Source: Chiloscyllium plagiosum
Lineage: Eukaryota
Direction: 5' to 3'
DNA: 38,838 nucleotides
NCBI RefSeq assembly: GCF_004010195.1
Contig: NW_025214071.1
Location: 1-38,838 of the forward strand
Shown here: positions 33,697-38,838 of the stretch, in pieces
Layout: each line of letters opens with the position of its first letter
Position numbering within the stretch: position 1 is the first letter of the stretch
The notes under the pieces: model-generated
The model's database searches: none
What the model was told of the DNA's origin: nothing
What the model saw: only the letters and a program-made list of their open reading frames with translations
Translations under genes and position numbers: made by a program

Positions 33697-34467
33697 GCTG
33701 GACTGGCTGGATTGGGCTGGGCTGGACTGGACTGGGCTGGATTGGGCTGGGTTAAGCTGGACTGGACTGGACTGAATGGGGCCAGACTGGGTTGGGCTGT
33801 ACTGGGCTGGGCTGAGCTGGACTGGGCTGGACTGTACTGGACTGGGCTGGGCTGAGCTGGACTGGGCTGGACTGTACTGGACTGGGCTGGGCTGGACTGG
33901 GCTGGGCTGGGCTGAGCTGGACTGGGCTGGACTGTACTGGACTGGGCTGGGCTGTACTGGACTGGGCTGGGCTGAGCTGGGCTGGTCTGGACTGTACTGG
34001 GCTGGGCTGGGCTGGACTGTACTGGACTGGTCTGGGCTGAGCTGGGCTGGTCTGGACTGTACTGGGCTGGTCTGGACTGTACTGGGCTGGGCTGTACTGG
34101 ACTGGGCTGGGCTGAGCTGGGCTGGTCTGGACTGTACTGGGCTGGGCTGTGCTGGACTGGGCTGTGCTGGACTGGGCCGGGCTGGGCTGGACTGGGCTAG
34201 GCTGGACTGGGCTGGGCTGGGCTGGGCCGGGCTGGTCTGAGCTGGGCTGGGCTGGGCTGTGCTGTGCTGTACTGGGCTGGACTGGGCCGGGCCGGGCTGG
34301 GCTGGGCCAGGCTGGGCTGAGCCGGGCTGGTCTGAGCTGGGCTGGACTGGGCTGGGCTGGGCTGGGCTGGGCCAGGCTGGGCTGGGCCGGGCTGGTCTGA
34401 GCTGGGCTGGGCTGGGCTGTGCTGTGCTGTACTGGGCTGGACTGGGCCGGGCCGGGCTGGTCTGGGC
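33697..34467. repeat. Pentamer array (GGGCT/GGACT/GAGCT/GTACT/GGTCT)n
   Basis: 5-nt period; source of the AQPSP and GLGWA ORFs. Confidence 0.95.
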
Positions 34468-34664
34468 ACTGTTCTGGAGAAAGCCACTAACACTGTATGG
34501 TGTAGGAGTCTCTGACTGTATTCTGAAGGACGGTGGTGACATTGTTGAGCGAACGATTGTGTATTTCAGAGGAGAGGGAGCCTTCTGCTTTCCAACCACA
34601 TGGTGGCTCTCCAGTTCGGTCCGACCCCAGCACTGGCACATTCTCCAGCTCTCCATCTCCATCG

Positions 34665-35582
34665 CGCTCTCTCTCTCTCTCCCTCTCTGGCTCTGTATCT
34701 CTCTGTCTCTGCATGTCTCTCTATCTTCTTCTGTCTCTATCTCTCTGTGTGTCTCCGTCTCCTCCTCTCTGTCTCTCTCTTTCTCTCTGCCTGTCTGTCT
34801 CTCTCTCGCTTTGTCGCTCTCTCTCTGTCTCTCTGTCCCTCTTCCTCTCTGTCCCTCTCCCTCTCTCTCTCTCTCTCTCCNNNNNNNNNNNNNNNNNNNN
34901 NNNNNNNNNNNNNNNNNNNNNNNNNNNNNNNNNNNNNNNNNNNNNNNNNNNNNNNNNNNNNNNNNNNNNNNNNNNNNNNNNNNNNNNNNNNNNNNNNNNN
35001 NNNNNNNNNNNNNNNNNNNNNNNNNNNNNNNNNNNNNNNNNNNNNNNNNNNNNNNNNNNNNNNNNNNNNNNNNNNNNNNNNNNNNNNNNNNNNNNNNNNN
35101 NNNNNNNNNNNNNNNNNNNNNNNNNNNNNNNNNNNNNNNNNNNNNNNNNNNNNNNNNNNNNNNNNNNNNNNNNNNNNNNNNNNNNNNNNNNNNNNNNNNN
35201 NNNNNNNNNNNNNNNNNNNNNNNNNNNNNNNNNNNNNNNNNNNNNNNNNNNNNNNNNNNNNNNNNNNNNNNNNNNNNNNNNNNNNNNNNNNNNNNNNNNN
35301 NNNNNNNNNNNNNNNNNNNNNNNNNNNNNNNNNNNNNNNNNNNNNNNNNNNNNNNNNNNNNNNNNNNNNNNNNNNNNNNNNNNNNNNNNNNNNNNNNNNN
35401 NNNNNNNNNNNNNNNNNNNNNNNNNNNNNNNNNNNNNNNNNNNNNNNNNNNNNNNNNNNNNNNNNNNNNNNNNNNNNNNNNNNNNNNNNNNNNNNNNNNN
35501 NNNNNNNNNNNNNNNNNNNNNNNNTCTGTCTCTCCGTCTCTGTCATTCTCACACTCGCGCTCTCTCTCTCTCTCTCTCTCTC
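34665..35582. repeat. (CT)n-rich microsatellite spanning an assembly gap
   Basis: Visible on both sides of the N run. Confidence 0.9.
34881..35524. other. Assembly gap (644 N)
   Basis: Run of N. Confidence 1.
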
Positions 35583-35624
35583 ACCCCAGGTAACTTCCTC
35601 TTAGTTCCTCATGTATGTTCTCCA

Positions 35625-35728
35625 CCTCTCTCAGAACCCCTCTCAGAACCTCCTCTGCCCCTCTCAGAACCCCTCTCAGAACCCCCCTCTGCCCCTCTCA
35701 GAACCCCCCTCTGCCCCTCTCTGCCCCT
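35625..35728. repeat. Short tandem repeat of CCTCTCAGAACC / CCTCTGCC
   Basis: Visible recurrence. Confidence 0.8.
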
Positions 35729-35779
35729 TGTATCTGGGAGAATCTCAGGGCTCTGTGTCTGTGGCCATAAGACCCTGAG

Positions 35780-36190
35780 ATATACGAGCTGGAAGAGGTT
35801 TTTCGGCCCATCGAGCCTGCTCCACCTTCCAATCGTGGCTGATCTGTTTCTGAATCCCATTTTCCTGCCTTCTCCCTATAAGCCTTGTTCCCCTTACTAA
35901 TCAATCGCCAATCTCTGTCTTAAATATACTCAACGACTTATCCTCCACAATTCTCCTGTAGCCCCACCCTCTGACTGAAGAAGTTCCTCTACATCTCAGT
36001 TCTGAAGGGTTGTCTCTTCACCCTGAGACTGTGCCCTCAGATCCTGGTCTCTCCTGCTGGTGGGAACATCTTCTCCACATCCACTCTATCCAGGCCTCTC
36101 AGTATTCTCTAAGGCTCAATCAGATCCCCCGCATCTTTCTAAACACCTTCGAGTGCAGACCCTGAGTTCTCAACCATCCCCGGGATCATT
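35780..36190 (-). mobile_element. Old CR1 LINE 3' fragment
   Basis: Reverse complement of CR1 3' ORF/UTR (TTCGGCCCATCGAG, RRNFFSQRV-like segment). Confidence 0.7.
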
Positions 36191-36194
36191 GTTG

Positions 36195-37360
36195 TAGACA
36201 GTTCACAGGGGTGTGTTAGAGCAAAAATCGGATAATTACTGTATACTCGGGGATTTCAACTTTCCCCAAAGTAAATTGGGATAGTCATAGTGAGTTTTGA
36301 GAAGATTTGTAGCTCAGGTTGAGATTTTGGATGTAGATTTGCTCTCTGAGCTGGAAGGGATTGTCACAGTGTGAAGGGTTTAGAGGGGGAGTATCCAAGG
36401 GAGGTTTTTGCAGAAGGCCCAACAGGGACAGTGTAGTCTGTGGAAAGAAGCCAGACAAGTGTTTGATGTGGCAGTTGGGGAGCATTTTAGCAATAGTGAC
36501 CACAACATAGTGCAGTTTAAATTTATTCTGGAAAAGATGGCCTGCAAAAGACAGCTTTGGAAGGCACAATTTATTAAAATAAAGCAGGATCTGACCACTG
36601 TAGACAGAGAATAGCTGCTTATGGGTAATGTTATGGCTGAGCAGGGGGTAAGGTGGTGGTGGTGGTGGGTGGGATGCATTCAAAAATGAGCTGGGGAGAG
36701 CGCAGGTCCAACATGTTTCCTTTTGGGGAAAATGTAGCAGCAATACGTTCAGAGAATCTTGGATATCCAGGACAATTCAGGACTGGATGAGGAAGAAGAG
36801 AAGAAATTTTAGCAAGTCCAGATGGAACAATTCAGCTGTGGCCCTTGAGGAATACAAGAAATGTAGGAGGGACCTTGAGAAAGCAATTAGAAGAGCAAAA
36901 AGGGGGCATTGCAAAAGGACATTGTGAACAGGATTAGGGAGAATTCTAACATATTTTATAAATATTTTATAAATTACATTAAAGGGAAGCAGTTAAGCAG
37001 GGAAAGAGTAGGGCCCATTAGGGACCAAGGAGGCAGCCTATGTGTGAAGCCGCAGGATATTGGAAGGATGTTAAATAAATACTTCTCTTCGATCTTCACG
37101 CAAAAGGAAGTGAACGTAGGTTCAGAATTCAGGAACAGGGACTGCGAGGAACTGGCACAGTTTGACATGGGAAATGGGGATGTATAGGAGGTCCTGTTAG
37201 GCTTAAAAATGGCCAGTTCCCCTGGCCTGGATGAATTACATCCCAGGCTGCTGCGGGAGGTGAGGCAGGGAATTGCAGGGATACTGACACAAATATTTAA
37301 TTCCTCTCTGGCCACAGGGGAATGGAGGGTGACTGATGTGGTTCTACTTTTCAAGAGAGG
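36195..37360 (+). mobile_element. CR1 LINE ORF2 fragment (endonuclease to start of RT)
   Basis: ILGDFNFP, GEHFSNSDHN, LNKYFSSIFT, SPGLDELHPRLLREV...IFNSSLATG. Confidence 0.85.
36293..36356 (-). mobile_element. Isolated extreme terminus of the outer-Penelope family inserted in CR1
   Basis: Reverse complement of about 21503-21570; degenerate 15-bp TSD GGGATAGTCATAGTG / GGGATTGTCACAGTG (36278-36292, 36357-36371). Confidence 0.75.
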
Positions 37361-37807
37361 TAGTAGAAGTGAGAATTTGTGTACAACACCCTCAGTCCTA
37401 CACTGACTGCTCACTTCTCTGTGCCTGAGGTTAGATTCCTGAATCTTTCCATAATCTCTGTCATGCTCTTGCTCTGGACAATTTAATAACTTCTGTTGAA
37501 CCCTACCCCCCCCCGACCTGTAACTTCTTCCATAATTTTACACACAACTGAACCCCCACAGATCTCCCTCAGCCCTATCCATCGCCCTCGTTCAGTGATT
37601 CACCCTGAATTCTGGCCATGAAAGATCACAGAGAATGATTGTTCCTCTTCACTACAGGAGGCTCTTCAACCCTGCTTACACTTTCTTCACTCTTATCAGT
37701 ACGACACTCTCAATCCCAGATCTCTTGTAGTGTCTCTCTCTCTCTCTCTCTCTCTCCTTCCCTCCATCCCTCACCATCCCTCTCCCACTCTTTCTCTCTG
37801 GCACATT

Positions 37808-38190
37808 CTTGCAGATGACACAGAAATTGTCCATGTTGTTGACAGTGAGCAGAAAGGTTCTAGGTTTGAGGAGGATATAAACATATTGGGCAGATCAACG
37901 GCAGATGGAATTTAACTCTGATATATGTGAGGGCATGCACTTTGGGAGAAGGAACAAGACAAGGGAGCACTCAATGAATGGCAGGACACTAGGAAGCTCA
38001 CAGGGACAGAGCTGACAGTGACCGAGCAGGTTAATAGGGGGGTAAGATGGCGTAGCGACACACCTCTATAAGAGCAGGGAGGTGATGTTGGAGCTGTACA
38101 GTATTAGTGTTGGAAAGCAGGATTATTGTATTCTTGGCAGTATAGACTTGACAGGCTGAAGGACCACTTCTGTACAATATGACTCTAAGA
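37808..38190 (+). mobile_element. Degenerate CR1 LINE 3' part
   Basis: LADDT (GCAGATGACACA), QMEFN-like segment, tail TATGACTCTAAGATTC. Confidence 0.75.
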
Positions 38191-38838
38191 TTCACTTTCT
38201 ATCCCCTCACACTCTCTCTCTCTCCTCTTTTCCCCTTTCAGTCTCTCCTTCCCTCCCATTCCCAATCTATGTTAATTAAATTAAGATAAGGGTATAGGTT
38301 ATTGTTGAATTAAGTATGAATGGAACTAATAAAGAGAGATTTGTCTGTAATTTCTGTGTCCATGAGGTCACTGTTGGTCACAGCTGAACTCGGATTGTGA
38401 GGCTGCTGTCTTTTTCACTGTATCTAACGTTGGGCAGTCTGTCTTACTTTAGTGGAACTTGGTTTATGGTTCGAAGAGAGACAGATGCTAGGATGTCCTT
38501 AGATACAGAGTATACCGTGTCCGTGGCTTCAAGTCTTTCCCAACTAGTGGGCATCGTCAGGGCTGGGATGTCTCTTGTTCCCCCGAAAGGCCTTCCTGTG
38601 ACAATGTGACCCACAGACACTGCCCACCCTCTGAGCTTCTCCAGCATTCTGTGTGTTTGTTTCAGATTTCCAGCATCCATAGTTTTGTGCTTTTATTTTT
38701 ACAGAGAGAGAGGGGAGAGACTCAGCGCAGTTCGGGCACGATCACCAATATCACGGTTTTTAACCAGCTTGGGACAACAAATTGTGGTGTGGCATTCTAT
38801 TCATACTATGTCTCATTCTCCCTCTCTCTCTCTCTCTC

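Noticed and set aside
33670..35900. 330-455 aa ORFs (AQPSP, GLGWA, SL repeats, X runs)
   Set aside because: Pentamer and CT microsatellites plus an N gap

Overview
Eukaryotic vertebrate genomic DNA, very probably a shark (inferred from HE1/V-SINE copies and the CR1/Penelope repeat content). The only clear gene is a + strand IQCA1/IQCA1L (DRC11; IQ and AAA domain, nexin-dynein regulatory complex) family gene. Seven consecutive internal coding exons splice in frame: 1903-1966, 2816-2922, 23307-23402, 24116-24171, 28174-28256, 29749-29856 and 32965-33164. The first intron appears to use a GC donor, and the start and stop codons were not found in the sequenced part of the window. The introns hold a 12-kb array of a 20-bp satellite with a ~15-copy 202-bp higher-order repeat, several mini/microsatellites, CR1 and Rex1-type LINE remnants, HE1 SINEs and a nested Penelope-in-Penelope insertion. 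At least six hammerhead-ribozyme-like cores are readable in the second intron. Three lie in Penelope termini and three in 127-184 bp non-coding inserts with their own target-site duplications; a fourth such insert has a truncated core. There are two assembly gaps. Most long ORFs in the track are translations of tandem repeats. Family assignments come from motif recognition and recall, not database searches.
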